Positions 24,963 through 34,899 of a stretch of DNA of 64,000 bases are shown piece after piece (within the stretch, counting starts at the first letter, position 1; every line of letters begins with the position of its first letter). Source of the DNA: Ignavibacteria bacterium. Its GTDB lineage: Bacteria; Bacteroidota; Ignavibacteria; Tepidaquicellales; Tepidaquicellaceae. The position numbers and the translations under genes were made by a program. The DNA lies in NCBI GenBank assembly GCA_028714695.1, contig JAQTLX010000010.1:73397-137396 (forward strand). The letters run 5' to 3'. The notes beneath the pieces were generated by a model. That model was not told where the DNA came from. It did not search any database and was given only the letters and a program-made list of their open reading frames with translations.

Positions 24963-26120
24963 TTAGTTTTTTGAATTTTCTTCAATTAAATTTTCCTTGC
25001 CTTCTTCACCGCTCTTTGTATCTTCTGCGGTTTCAGTATCCCCTGCCGATTCAGTAGACTCGGTAGATTCAGTAGATTCACCGGTTTCGGCATTTTCTCT
25101 TATCACATCTATCTGATATCCCGTTAATTTCGAAGCCAGTTTGATATTCTGACCATTCTTGCCGATTATAAGACTTACCTGATCTTCCTCTGCATAAATT
25201 TTCGCAATTTTGTTTTCACTGTCGATATAAATATCCTGTAACTTTGCAGGTGATAATGCTCTTGCAATATACAAGGCACTGTCTTCGGTAAAATTGATAA
25301 CATCAATGTTCTCATTGCTTAATTCACGGACAATGGAATGTATTCTCATTCCTTTCATTCCGACGCATGCGCCGACCGCATCGATTTTGTCATCGTTTGA
25401 GATAACTGCAATCTTTGCTCTTTCGCCCGGGTCTCTTGCTATCGCTTTTATTTCAAGAATACCGTCGTAAATTTCGGGTATCTCCAGTTCAAACAACTTG
25501 TAAAGGAATCTTTCGTCAGCCCTTGAAACAACTACTAACGGCGGTCCTGATGATTTCTTATCAAGTCTTTTTATTATTACTCTTATGTTGTCGCCTTTTT
25601 TGTAGCGCTCTTTTGCAATCTGTTCTTCTTTCGGGAAAAATAATTCATTCCCGTTATGAATAAGTAAAATTGAATTGGGTTTTATCTGATATACTTCACC
25701 GACCAGAATCTCGCCTACCTGTTCTCTGTAAAAATTAAACGTAACTTCCTTGTCAATTTCTCTCAACTTCTGATTAAGATTCTGTTTCAGATTCAGCACC
25801 GACCTGCGTCCGAATTCTTCAATGGGAATTTCTTCGACGAAATCATCTCCGACTGCAAAATCTTCTCCCGATTTATCCTTCGCCGCTTCAACGTCAATTT
25901 CTGTCGCCGGGTCCGTTATTTCTTCAACTACGGTCTTATATAAAAATATCTCAATGTTACCTTTTTCCATATTTACGATAACGTCAAAATTTGCTGTCGG
26001 CCCGTGCTTCTTCTCCATCATCTTTCTGAACGAGTCTTTTATAACGCTTTCGAGTATATCCCTGTCTATACTCTTCATTTTTGCCATCTGGACAAATGCT
26101 TCTACTATCTCAGATTTCAT
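24963..26120 (-). CDS. nusA: Transcription termination/antitermination factor NusA
   Basis: 385 aa with N-terminal, S1 and tandem KH domains (GACVGMKGMRIHSIVREL, IGKNGQNIKLASKLTG). Acidic (STE)n tail, no AR1/AR2. Confidence 0.95.
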   Translation of the reverse strand: MKSEIVEAFVQMAKMKSIDRDILESVIKDSFRKMMEKKHGPTANFDVIVNMEKGNIEIFLYKTVVEEITDPATEIDVEAAKDKSGEDFAVGDDFVEEIPIEEFGRRSVLNLKQNLNQKLREIDKEVTFNFYREQVGEILVGEVYQIKPNSILLIHNGNELFFPKEEQIAKERYKKGDNIRVIIKRLDKKSSGPPLVVVSRADERFLYKLFELEIPEIYDGILEIKAIARDPGERAKIAVISNDDKIDAVGACVGMKGMRIHSIVRELSNENIDVINFTEDSALYIARALSPAKLQDIYIDSENKIAKIYAEEDQVSLIIGKNGQNIKLASKLTGYQIDVIRENAETGESTESTESTESAGDTETAEDTKSGEEGKENLIEENSKN

Positions 26121-26138
26121 AAAACCAAATATTTTAAA

Positions 26139-26585
26139 TTAAAAAGGTAATTTTACTTTTAAAATTTCTAATTCCGAAAACTTAACTGATTCTTCACGGA
26201 TTTCTTTCTTGCCTGCCTTAACTTCAAAGTTAAGTATATCTCCGTTAATTCCCGTCAACTTGCCGGTCTTGATTTCGCCTGTATTGCCGAATTCAAATTC
26301 CCTGCTTATGTGTTTTTCTAACTGCCAGATATATCTGAACGGCCTCTCCACACCGGGTGACGAGACTACAACCTTCAAAAGTTCACTTCGGATTTCACTT
26401 TCATCAATCAACGAATTGATTTTCCTTGTGACATCCGTAAGTTCATCAAGATTAAGATTTCCCGGTGAATCCAGGTATACTTCAACTATCTTGTTCTTCT
26501 TTTCACCTCTGATTTCAATTTCAATTAAACGGATTTGACCTCCGTTTAATGCGTTTTCAACCAGTTTTTCAATGTTTTTTTCCAT
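26139..26585 (-). CDS. rimP: Ribosome maturation factor RimP
   Basis: 148 aa. VVSSPGVERPF motif. It is the first gene of the nusA operon. Confidence 0.9.
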   Translation of the reverse strand: MEKNIEKLVENALNGGQIRLIEIEIRGEKKNKIVEVYLDSPGNLNLDELTDVTRKINSLIDESEIRSELLKVVVSSPGVERPFRYIWQLEKHISREFEFGNTGEIKTGKLTGINGDILNFEVKAGKKEIREESVKFSELEILKVKLPF

Positions 26586-26589
26586 AAAC

Positions 26590-26618
26590 CAAAAAAAAAG
26601 TGGGTCGTCAACCCACTC
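26590..26618 (-). terminator. Rho-independent terminator of the S8 peptidase gene
   Basis: Stem gtgggt/acccac with loop cgtca. On the minus strand it is followed by T9 (plus-strand A-run 26591-26599). Confidence 0.7.
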
Positions 26619-26709
26619 TTATTGTTAATTCACCATATATCGATTAAATATAAACTTATTTTGATATTGAATCAAGTATATAATCGGTATATATCCTGAC
26701 GTTTTTTTC

Positions 26710-29583
26710 TTACTTCAGCACCACCATTCTTTTAATTTCGCTGTATGATCCTGCCTGAATTCTGTAGAAATATACACCCGAACTCAAAGAAGATGCGTTC
26801 ATATTAATTTCATAAATTCCCGCTTTCTTAAATTCATTGACGAGAGTATTCACTTCTCTTCCAAGCATATCATAAACCTTCATGCTTACAAATTCATCTT
26901 TCGGCAGTGCGAACTGAATATTAGTTACCGGATTAAACGGATTAGGATAGTTCTGCGATAAACTGAATACAGTCGGCACTTCTGTTGAAATATTTCTGAC
27001 GCCTACAGACTGGTATTTGAGTTTTGCAATGTTATTTTTCGCTATCAAGTCCGCTACGTCTGTTCCTTTGAGCAAAGCGAATCCAACGGTTTCAGTCTGA
27101 CCTGCCGCGATATTAAGAGGTCCTGCTGTTAATACAAGACAGTTTGCTCCAGGTCCCACGGAGTCATTAACCACGTTATTGCTCATGGCATCCCATTTTT
27201 CCTGCTTTGTGAATCCGTTCATAACATCGGTGGAATTTACAATCTTGAAATTCATTGTTTGACTCGTCATAAGTCCAAGACCCAAATAAAAATTTGATAC
27301 CGAATTATTGTACGTGTATGCAAGTCTGTTAGCCGCACTCAATCTGGAAATATTGTTAGTACTAAAATTACCGTTCGGAGCCATCCAGATATAAATTCCC
27401 GCGTATGCATTTGATAATGCCGTGGCGTTTGTATTCTTAATGCTGTATTTTAAAAGAATATAATCCATATCCTGTGAAGTATTGAATGCATATGAATATG
27501 CCTGAACTTCAATACCCAGTTTATTTGAACCTGCACCATTGTCATTAAACTTTCCGTATCCATCCTGTCCGGATACAATACCGGGTGTGGTAAGTGTATA
27601 ATTTGTAAGTCCTACAAAATCTGTGTCCGAAACGTTCGCAGGCGTAGTTCCTCTTCTCACACAATCGGATACCTTTGTATTATTTATACCAACCATTAAT
27701 CCGCCTTCGTAAATATTATTTGTAGTGCCTGTACCTATCTGAAGACCTGTTCCGTATGCCTGAGCTTTCTTTCCGATGTTTCCATCCTTTGTCAGACAAA
27801 GCTTCATGTTGTTAATTGTATGAATTGCATATCCTTGACGGAATTTAATCGTGAATGTATTTGCACTGTTGTCGCTGTAACACGTTGCGGAATTTGACAC
27901 CGTAAATGTTACATCGTAATCGAATGGGCATGTTGCCAGCGCTTTTACTTTGAATGTATTTGCAAATGTTGTTGCAAATGTTCCGTATGCAGGAATATTT
28001 CCGATATAAACGGAATCTTGGACTAACTGTACGTAAGGACTTGTAGTTTTAAGCCTCACCGAAGCATTCGTTCCCGCAAAATGCGTGTTTTTGAAATTCA
28101 CTGCTATAGGAATAATTTCATTTACGTCATATATTTTATCGTTATTTCCATATATCGAATCGTTATGCATCACACTGTTGATTTTCACGATTGGTAAATC
28201 GGAAACGCATTTAAACGCATTGATTCTTCCTGTACCGAGTAAACCCACATAACTCGGATTAAGATTATATATACTATCAACACCGAGTTTCAGCCTATCA
28301 ACGACCTGTTGTGGAGTCCATGTCGGATATTTTGCCCTGATTAAAGCAACCGTACCGGCAGTGATGGGTGATGCCATTGAAGTACCGTCATAACTTGCAT
28401 ATGTATGAGGGAACAGAGTGCTGAGAATTCCTTCGCCCGGAGCACATACGTCTACAGTTGAATGATAATTCGAGAATGATGTCTTAGCATCAGTCGAGGT
28501 GGTCGCTGCTACCGAAACTACGTTATCGTATGAAGCCGGATATCTCGCCCAATTCTGTCCTACTCCGTTGGCATCGCCGTTTCCGGCGGAGGCGCAGATA
28601 ACTACTCCATTTGCCCATGCATTATTACAAACTAATTGTGAACCGCTGCTATAACTCGCACTGCCGAAACTGCAGTTAATTACTTTTGCACCGTTCTGAT
28701 AACAATAGACAATACCGTAATCGGTATTATAAAGGAGCGATTCTGGATTTGAGTCGTCGGTATGTTTTGTCACCATCACTTTTGTTTTAAAGCCAATGCC
28801 CGCGCCATGTACACCGTTATCCGTAACCTGCGAAACGCATCCTGATACGTGCGAGCCGTGTACGTTGCCGGAGGCAGCAATCTGTACGTTGTTATCATTT
28901 CCCCAGAAATCCCAGCCTTTCCAGTCATCAACATAACCATTTGCGTCATCATCTATTCCGTTCACCGGGTCCGCCCAATTAATTCTCAAATTCGCCTGTA
29001 AATCTGGATGGTCAAGGTCCGTGCCGCTATCAACAACACCGACTACTACGTTAGTATCACCTTTGGTAATATCCCATGCCTGAAAAGAATTGATTTTCGA
29101 AATGTGCCATTGCCCCGAAATTAGAGGATCGTTCGGCATGTAATCACGCTCATAAACAAAACTTGGTTCAGCCCAGTCAAGTATATCCTTGTTGGCGTTT
29201 AATACTTTATTTGCTGCATCCCATGGATCTGCAGCCGACGTATATTTAATCTGAAATATTTTATCAAGTTCTTCATCTCCAATCATTCTTTTTTTCACAT
29301 CTGCCTTCAAAGGATACGTATGCCATACAGATTTAACACCGTATTCACTTAATATCTTATCAACATTCTGCATCCCTGTAGAAGTTTTTGAATAACCGCT
29401 AATGCTGTTTTTAAACTTAATATTAATTGTACCTACTTCGTACATTTGACCGGGTCCCCGTTTAATTACATTCCCGGATATCGTATAGACTCCTCTGCCG
29501 CTGAATCCAAAAATTGAAAGGCAAAGAGATACGATAATTAAAGAAACTAATGAAAATTGCAGTTTGAAGAAATAATTTTTCAT
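26710..29583 (-). CDS. S8-family (subtilisin-like) serine peptidase with T9SS C-terminal sorting domain
   Basis: 957 aa. Catalytic triad contexts VVGVVDSGTDLDHPDL, HGSHVSG, GTSMASP. CTD is LSQNYPNPFNPVTNIQFALP...GVYFYRIQAG. N-terminal signal/anchor. Confidence 0.93.
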   Translation of the reverse strand: MKNYFFKLQFSLVSLIIVSLCLSIFGFSGRGVYTISGNVIKRGPGQMYEVGTINIKFKNSISGYSKTSTGMQNVDKILSEYGVKSVWHTYPLKADVKKRMIGDEELDKIFQIKYTSAADPWDAANKVLNANKDILDWAEPSFVYERDYMPNDPLISGQWHISKINSFQAWDITKGDTNVVVGVVDSGTDLDHPDLQANLRINWADPVNGIDDDANGYVDDWKGWDFWGNDNNVQIAASGNVHGSHVSGCVSQVTDNGVHGAGIGFKTKVMVTKHTDDSNPESLLYNTDYGIVYCYQNGAKVINCSFGSASYSSGSQLVCNNAWANGVVICASAGNGDANGVGQNWARYPASYDNVVSVAATTSTDAKTSFSNYHSTVDVCAPGEGILSTLFPHTYASYDGTSMASPITAGTVALIRAKYPTWTPQQVVDRLKLGVDSIYNLNPSYVGLLGTGRINAFKCVSDLPIVKINSVMHNDSIYGNNDKIYDVNEIIPIAVNFKNTHFAGTNASVRLKTTSPYVQLVQDSVYIGNIPAYGTFATTFANTFKVKALATCPFDYDVTFTVSNSATCYSDNSANTFTIKFRQGYAIHTINNMKLCLTKDGNIGKKAQAYGTGLQIGTGTTNNIYEGGLMVGINNTKVSDCVRRGTTPANVSDTDFVGLTNYTLTTPGIVSGQDGYGKFNDNGAGSNKLGIEVQAYSYAFNTSQDMDYILLKYSIKNTNATALSNAYAGIYIWMAPNGNFSTNNISRLSAANRLAYTYNNSVSNFYLGLGLMTSQTMNFKIVNSTDVMNGFTKQEKWDAMSNNVVNDSVGPGANCLVLTAGPLNIAAGQTETVGFALLKGTDVADLIAKNNIAKLKYQSVGVRNISTEVPTVFSLSQNYPNPFNPVTNIQFALPKDEFVSMKVYDMLGREVNTLVNEFKKAGIYEINMNASSLSSGVYFYRIQAGSYSEIKRMVVLK

Positions 29584-29716
29584 AAAATTTGTTTTTTAAT
29601 ATTTATCATTAAAATTAATAAATTTTATATTACTTTTAAATCAATTTAATAATCCTAAGAATAAATTAAAATTGACTATTTATTATCGTTCCAAAAATTA
29701 ATATTTATTTTTACAT

Positions 29717-30352
29717 ATGTTAAAAAATAATTTTCAAAATAAAATCGGCAGGGATTTTTATCTGCAGGATACTCTTACAGTTTCAAAAAAACTGCTCGGC
29801 AAATATCTTGTAAGAAAATTCAGGAATATATATCTCGCAGGTAAAATCGTTGAAACAGAAGCCTATCTTGGTGATACTGACCCGGCATGCCATGCTTTCG
29901 GCAGAATCACGCCGCGAAATCAGACACTTTACGAAGAAGGCGGCATTGCTTATGTTTATTTTATTTACGGCAACTATTATTGTTTTAATGTCGTAACAGA
30001 AAAAAAAGGTATCGGAGCGGCAGTTCTTATCAGAGCGCTTGAACCTGTCTCAGGTATAAGTATAATGAAATTAAACAGGAACAAAATCAAAAATGATGCG
30101 GATCTGACTAACGGTCCAGCAAAACTTTGCCTCTCTTTAAACATCGACAAAAAGTTCAACGGCGCTGATTTAACAGGCAAAGAAATTTTTATAGCCGGCG
30201 GAGTGAATAAAGAAAAAACAACAGCCGTTGTTACAAAAAGAATTGGGATAGTGAAAGGAGCGGATTTACCATACAGGTTTTTTATTAAAGGAAATCCTTA
30301 CATTACAAAGCATAAACTAAATAAAGAAATATTATCGGAGATATCATTATGA
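29717..30352 (+). CDS. DNA-3-methyladenine glycosylase (Mpg/AAG family)
   Basis: 211 aa. LLGKYLVRK...IVETEAYLGDTDPACHAF...IYGNYYCFNVV...LTNGPAKLC motifs. Confidence 0.9.
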   Translation: MLKNNFQNKIGRDFYLQDTLTVSKKLLGKYLVRKFRNIYLAGKIVETEAYLGDTDPACHAFGRITPRNQTLYEEGGIAYVYFIYGNYYCFNVVTEKKGIGAAVLIRALEPVSGISIMKLNRNKIKNDADLTNGPAKLCLSLNIDKKFNGADLTGKEIFIAGGVNKEKTTAVVTKRIGIVKGADLPYRFFIKGNPYITKHKLNKEILSEISL

Positions 30353-31767
30353 AAATTAAATTCTGCGGTGCTGCACACACAGTAACAGGCTCACAGCACC
30401 TTCTGGAAATAAACGGCAAGAAAATACTTCTCGACTGCGGTATGTATCAGGGAAAACGGGAAGAAGCATACGACATCAACAGGCATTTCCTGTTTGACCC
30501 CAAAGAACTTCACTGCGTAATTCTTTCGCATGCGCACATCGACCACGCAGGAAATCTGCCGATGCTCTCGGCTGAAGGTTTCAAGGGCTCGATATACACA
30601 ACTCCTGCAACTCGCGATTTGTGTTCTTTAATGCTTTTAGACAGTGCTTTCATTCAGGAAAAAGATATTGAATTTGTAAATAAAAGACGGGCAAAGAAAC
30701 ATCAGCCGGCTTTCAAGCCTCTTTATACAATAGAAGACGCCAAGACAGTCCTCGGACTTTTTAAAACAGTCTCTTACGACAATGAATTTTTTATCGATGG
30801 TCTGGGCGATGAAGTTAAAGTAAAATTTTATGATGCCGGTCATATTCTCGGCTCTGCTCAGATTGTGCTTGAATTTAAAAATAACGGGAAGCCTTTTAAA
30901 CTCGGATTTACCGGCGACCTCGGAAGGAAAAATCTTCCGATTCTGAAAGACCCTGAATTTATGGGCGACGTCGATTATCTCTTGTGTGAATCTACTTATG
31001 GAGGTCTGTACCACGAACCGGCCGACCAGATAGAAAAAGGTCTGCTTAACACAATAAGCGAAGCACTGAAATTAAACGGTAAAATTATTGTGCCCTCGTT
31101 CAGCGTCGGCAGAACTCAGGAACTGATTTACGAAATATCGAAACTCAATGCATCCGGCAAACTTCCGAAATTTCAGGTCTATGTCGACAGCCCTCTCTCC
31201 GTAAATGCGACTGCAATATTCAAACTGCATCCGGAATGTTTCGACGAGGAGACATATAATCTGATTGCATCGGGTGTGAACGTATTCGGATTAGATAATG
31301 TGAAATACATAAAGGACGTTGAAGAATCCAAGAAACTGAACACGTCTAAACAGTCATGCATGATAATATCCGCTTCGGGTATGTGCGAAGCGGGAAGAAT
31401 TCTTCATCACCTTGCTAACAATATCGGAAACAGCAAGAACACAATCATGATAATTGGTTACATGGCTGAAAATACATTGGGAAGGCAATTAATAAAAGCC
31501 TCTGATAAACAAAATTACAAAGTGAAAATTTACGGCGAGGAATATACCGTAAAAGCAAAGATAAAAGTACTTAATGCATTCTCCGCACATTCCGACAGCG
31601 GAGAAACTCTCGAATATCTTAAAAAGTTTGACAAGAACAGACTTAAAAAACTTTTTCTGGTACACGGGGAATCGCCCCAGCCGGAAAACCTAATGACGAT
31701 CCTGAAATCTAACGGGTTCAAAAATATCGAGATACCTTCAAAAGGCCAGGAATTCGAACTTGTATAA
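30349..31767 (+). CDS. MBL-fold beta-CASP family RNA-metabolising hydrolase
   Basis: 472 aa. HxHxDH motif SHAHIDHAG and beta-CASP motifs (ESTYGG, FSAHSD, LVHGE). It overlaps the upstream gene by 4 nt. Confidence 0.9.
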   Translation: MKIKFCGAAHTVTGSQHLLEINGKKILLDCGMYQGKREEAYDINRHFLFDPKELHCVILSHAHIDHAGNLPMLSAEGFKGSIYTTPATRDLCSLMLLDSAFIQEKDIEFVNKRRAKKHQPAFKPLYTIEDAKTVLGLFKTVSYDNEFFIDGLGDEVKVKFYDAGHILGSAQIVLEFKNNGKPFKLGFTGDLGRKNLPILKDPEFMGDVDYLLCESTYGGLYHEPADQIEKGLLNTISEALKLNGKIIVPSFSVGRTQELIYEISKLNASGKLPKFQVYVDSPLSVNATAIFKLHPECFDEETYNLIASGVNVFGLDNVKYIKDVEESKKLNTSKQSCMIISASGMCEAGRILHHLANNIGNSKNTIMIIGYMAENTLGRQLIKASDKQNYKVKIYGEEYTVKAKIKVLNAFSAHSDSGETLEYLKKFDKNRLKKLFLVHGESPQPENLMTILKSNGFKNIEIPSKGQEFELV

Positions 31768-31794
31768 AAATGAAATCAAAATATTTATTACGAA

Positions 31795-31825
31795 CAAAGG
31801 CTGCTTATCGCAGCCTTTGTATTTA
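31795..31825. terminator. Hairpin terminator between convergent genes
   Basis: 10-bp stem caaaggctgc/gcagcctttg with loop ttatc, followed by TATTT. It lies between stops at 31767 (+) and 31842 (-). Confidence 0.55.
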
Positions 31826-31841
31826 AATCGCAGATTATTCT

Positions 31842-33287
31842 TTAAATGTCATAATTATGATATACTTTTCTCCACCACTGTAAATATTTTTCCGGCAACG
31901 CATAATCTTCTCCGCTGAATTCCATAAGATATTTTTTTGCACGCACTTTTTCATCAGGATAACCGGCCCAAAATATACCAATCGCATTTATAAACTTTAT
32001 ATTCTTTACTGCCTCAGGCCAGATATTTATATCCCATTCTTTCTTATCAGCCATTTCTATATCGCCTAAGTTAGTTTCAAAACCTAACCTTAGTAATTTA
32101 TAATTTATCTCCTCTTTGTTTTCTTCTTTTGAAAATAAATTAAAAATATAATCTCTGTATTCCTTAGTATCAAAATGACTTAAATCAAATGTTTTTTGTT
32201 TATCAAACCATTTTTTATAATCATTAATGTTCTTAAAATCAATTCCCGCCGAATAAGACAGATTTTTTAGTATCATTTTCCCCTGATCATAAGCAAGTTG
32301 TCCTTCAGAATAATTATCATATTGAAAGAGTTTTGCCAGGGCATTTTCAAATATAAACTTACTGTAAACCATACTGAATATATGATCAAGCGTATTTGCG
32401 TAATGTATGAACCAAAAATAATCATACTGTTTCTTGTTCAGTGATTCGTTTTTAACTTCGTCACTTATAACATATGGTGTTTTATTCACCAGTGAATCCA
32501 GACCCATGTTCTTTAATTTTTCCGGAGGAGTTATCAACTTAGCAATAGTAAGTACATTATTATCGCCAAAATATTTCTTAAGATATCCTGCCAGGTAATA
32601 TCCCATGCAACTGTCAGAGTCTACAATAAAACCGCCTAAATTTTTACTTACTCGATCTTTTTGTAAATGAGCAAGTCCGTAATAAAATAAATATTTATCA
32701 TTTTTTCTTGTGTTATAATAATCAATGAATTTTTGAGAAATTACGCTGTCCCTTTTATTTATAAACCATAATTGAGACTCACGTTTGGTCATCCTTAGGA
32801 ATTCGAGAGGGATATTTTGACCTACATCTTCAAATCCCAAAACCTTGAAATTAATTTCCAGTCCCGGATGATTCAAATTTTCCACAACTATCGAATCATT
32901 AAATGATTTTAAATTAATTATGAACTCTAAATGCTCATAGCATTCACCTAATGAAAAACGATTAAGGATATCCGATAAATTGGAGGATTTGAAATAATTA
33001 TTTATTTCAGTTGCCAGCGAGTCCTCACGCTCGATAACAAGATTCAGGGTCTGAGATTTTACATCCGAGTTCTTTGTAACATCAAACCACTCATATAATA
33101 TTTTGATTATTTCTTTATATCCGGAAGGATGCCAGTGAGGCTGCTCTGAAACAATAACGATTTTTCTTTTATTAATTTCTCTTGCTATTGTTCTTTCAGG
33201 ATTGTCATCTTTAGTATTAATCTTATTTTGACATCCAAATAGCAACGGAAAGAAAACAATAATCACAAAGAATCTTGAAATTTTCAT
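31842..33287 (-). CDS. Lipoprotein of unknown function (possible Tiki/ChaN/erythromycin-esterase-like fold)
   Basis: 481 aa. Lipobox FPLLFGC. IVIVSEQPHWHP and YLFYYGLAHL resemble the paired GExH/GxxH motifs of that superfamily. It lies 42 nt downstream of glgA. Confidence 0.7.
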   Translation of the reverse strand: MKISRFFVIIVFFPLLFGCQNKINTKDDNPERTIAREINKRKIVIVSEQPHWHPSGYKEIIKILYEWFDVTKNSDVKSQTLNLVIEREDSLATEINNYFKSSNLSDILNRFSLGECYEHLEFIINLKSFNDSIVVENLNHPGLEINFKVLGFEDVGQNIPLEFLRMTKRESQLWFINKRDSVISQKFIDYYNTRKNDKYLFYYGLAHLQKDRVSKNLGGFIVDSDSCMGYYLAGYLKKYFGDNNVLTIAKLITPPEKLKNMGLDSLVNKTPYVISDEVKNESLNKKQYDYFWFIHYANTLDHIFSMVYSKFIFENALAKLFQYDNYSEGQLAYDQGKMILKNLSYSAGIDFKNINDYKKWFDKQKTFDLSHFDTKEYRDYIFNLFSKEENKEEINYKLLRLGFETNLGDIEMADKKEWDINIWPEAVKNIKFINAIGIFWAGYPDEKVRAKKYLMEFSGEDYALPEKYLQWWRKVYHNYDI

Positions 33288-33329
33288 GATTATAAAATTA
33301 AAATAATTACGAACGCTAAACTATAATCT

Positions 33330-34772
33330 CTAATTTTGTTTTAACGATTCATAGAGTCTCAGATATTCCCCTGCCGATTTTTCCCAACTGAAATCGTTTT
33401 TCATTCCGCGCTGAATTACTTTCTCCATTTGTTTCGTGTCTTCGAATAATTTTCGCGACCTGTGGAATGCCTGTTCGAACTCTTCATAAACAAAATCACG
33501 GAATGTTATGCCGTTGCCCTCTTTTTCATTGCTGATATCAGTTACCGTATCCGCCAATCCGCCGACTTCCCTTACAATGGGCACAGTTCCGTAATTCAGG
33601 CTGTACATCTGGTTCAGACCGCACGGCTCATATCTCGAAGGCATAAAGAAAAAATCTGAACCTGCCGTTATAAGATGAGCAAATTCATTATTGTATCCAA
33701 GAAAAACTTTTATTTTGCCGGGGTTTTCGATTGACAATGCGGTTAATTTTTCTTCGTATTCTTTTTCTCCCGAACCAAGCACAATAAGTCTGAAATTTTC
33801 GCTTTTTGTTTTCTCACACAGTTCGATTATTAGTTCGATGCCTTTCTGCCACGCAAGGCGCGTGACTATTCCGTACAGCGGAATATCCGTTTCATCATCG
33901 AATCCCGCTTTTTGCAGCAATTTTTCTTTGTTGTATTTTTTATCTTCAGGGTTTTTATATGAATAATTTTTTGGAATTAATTTATCGGTTAAAGGATTCC
34001 ATTCAATCGTATCAATGCCGTTCAGTATCCCGCGGATATTATCTTTTCTTGCTCTGAGCACGCCGTCTAATCCCGAACCGAATTCAGACGTCGTAATTTC
34101 TTCCGCATATTTCGGACTTACTGTAGAAACAACATCAGAATAAAAAATACCTGTTTTCAGAAAATTGGCATTTCCATTGAACTCGAATGGTCCGCCAAGT
34201 ACAAAACATGAATCGCCGAATCCGGCTTTCCTTACTGTGTCAGGCTCGAATATCCCCTGATATCCTATATTGTGAATGGATAATATTGTTTTTGAATTTT
34301 CAAACAACTTGTCCCATGAATACTGAAGTTTAAGCATTGCGGGAATATAAGACGACTGCCAGTCATTGCAGTGTAAAATATCCGGCTGCCACTGTAGATA
34401 CTGAAGTGATTTCAGTACCGCATGCTGGAACATAATAAATCTTTCGTTTTCATCTTTATCATTGGTATAAACTATTCCCCTTCCGAAATAATAAGGACAA
34501 TCAACGAAATGGAATTCCAAATTTTCGTTTTTTTTGTATGAATGGATGCAGAATTCTCTTTTTTCATCTCCGATTTCAACGAAAGCAGGAGGAAAATCAA
34601 CAAGTTTTACGATTCCGAACTTCTTTGTGTCAACAACATCATACAACGGCAGAAAAACTTTCACATTAACACCATTTGAGGTCAATGCTTCGGGCAAAGA
34701 ACCGCTCACATCGGCAAGTCCTCCGGTTTTAACAAAAGGAGCGCATTCGCTCGTAATAAAACAGACTTTCAT
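33330..34772 (-). CDS. glgA: Glycogen synthase (ADP-glucose type)
   Basis: 480 aa. MKVCFITSECAPFVKTGGLADV start and the C-terminal PSRYEPCGLNQMY motif. Confidence 0.95.
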   Translation of the reverse strand: MKVCFITSECAPFVKTGGLADVSGSLPEALTSNGVNVKVFLPLYDVVDTKKFGIVKLVDFPPAFVEIGDEKREFCIHSYKKNENLEFHFVDCPYYFGRGIVYTNDKDENERFIMFQHAVLKSLQYLQWQPDILHCNDWQSSYIPAMLKLQYSWDKLFENSKTILSIHNIGYQGIFEPDTVRKAGFGDSCFVLGGPFEFNGNANFLKTGIFYSDVVSTVSPKYAEEITTSEFGSGLDGVLRARKDNIRGILNGIDTIEWNPLTDKLIPKNYSYKNPEDKKYNKEKLLQKAGFDDETDIPLYGIVTRLAWQKGIELIIELCEKTKSENFRLIVLGSGEKEYEEKLTALSIENPGKIKVFLGYNNEFAHLITAGSDFFFMPSRYEPCGLNQMYSLNYGTVPIVREVGGLADTVTDISNEKEGNGITFRDFVYEEFEQAFHRSRKLFEDTKQMEKVIQRGMKNDFSWEKSAGEYLRLYESLKQN

Positions 34773-34899
34773 AATTTGATTTTTCTTAAATTATCCATAA
34801 AAACATCAATAAAAAATGGAAAGTTACGGTAATTCATTGACTTGTTATTCTTTATCAAAATAATTAAAATTAAGGTTTATTATAAATCTAAAGTGCAAT

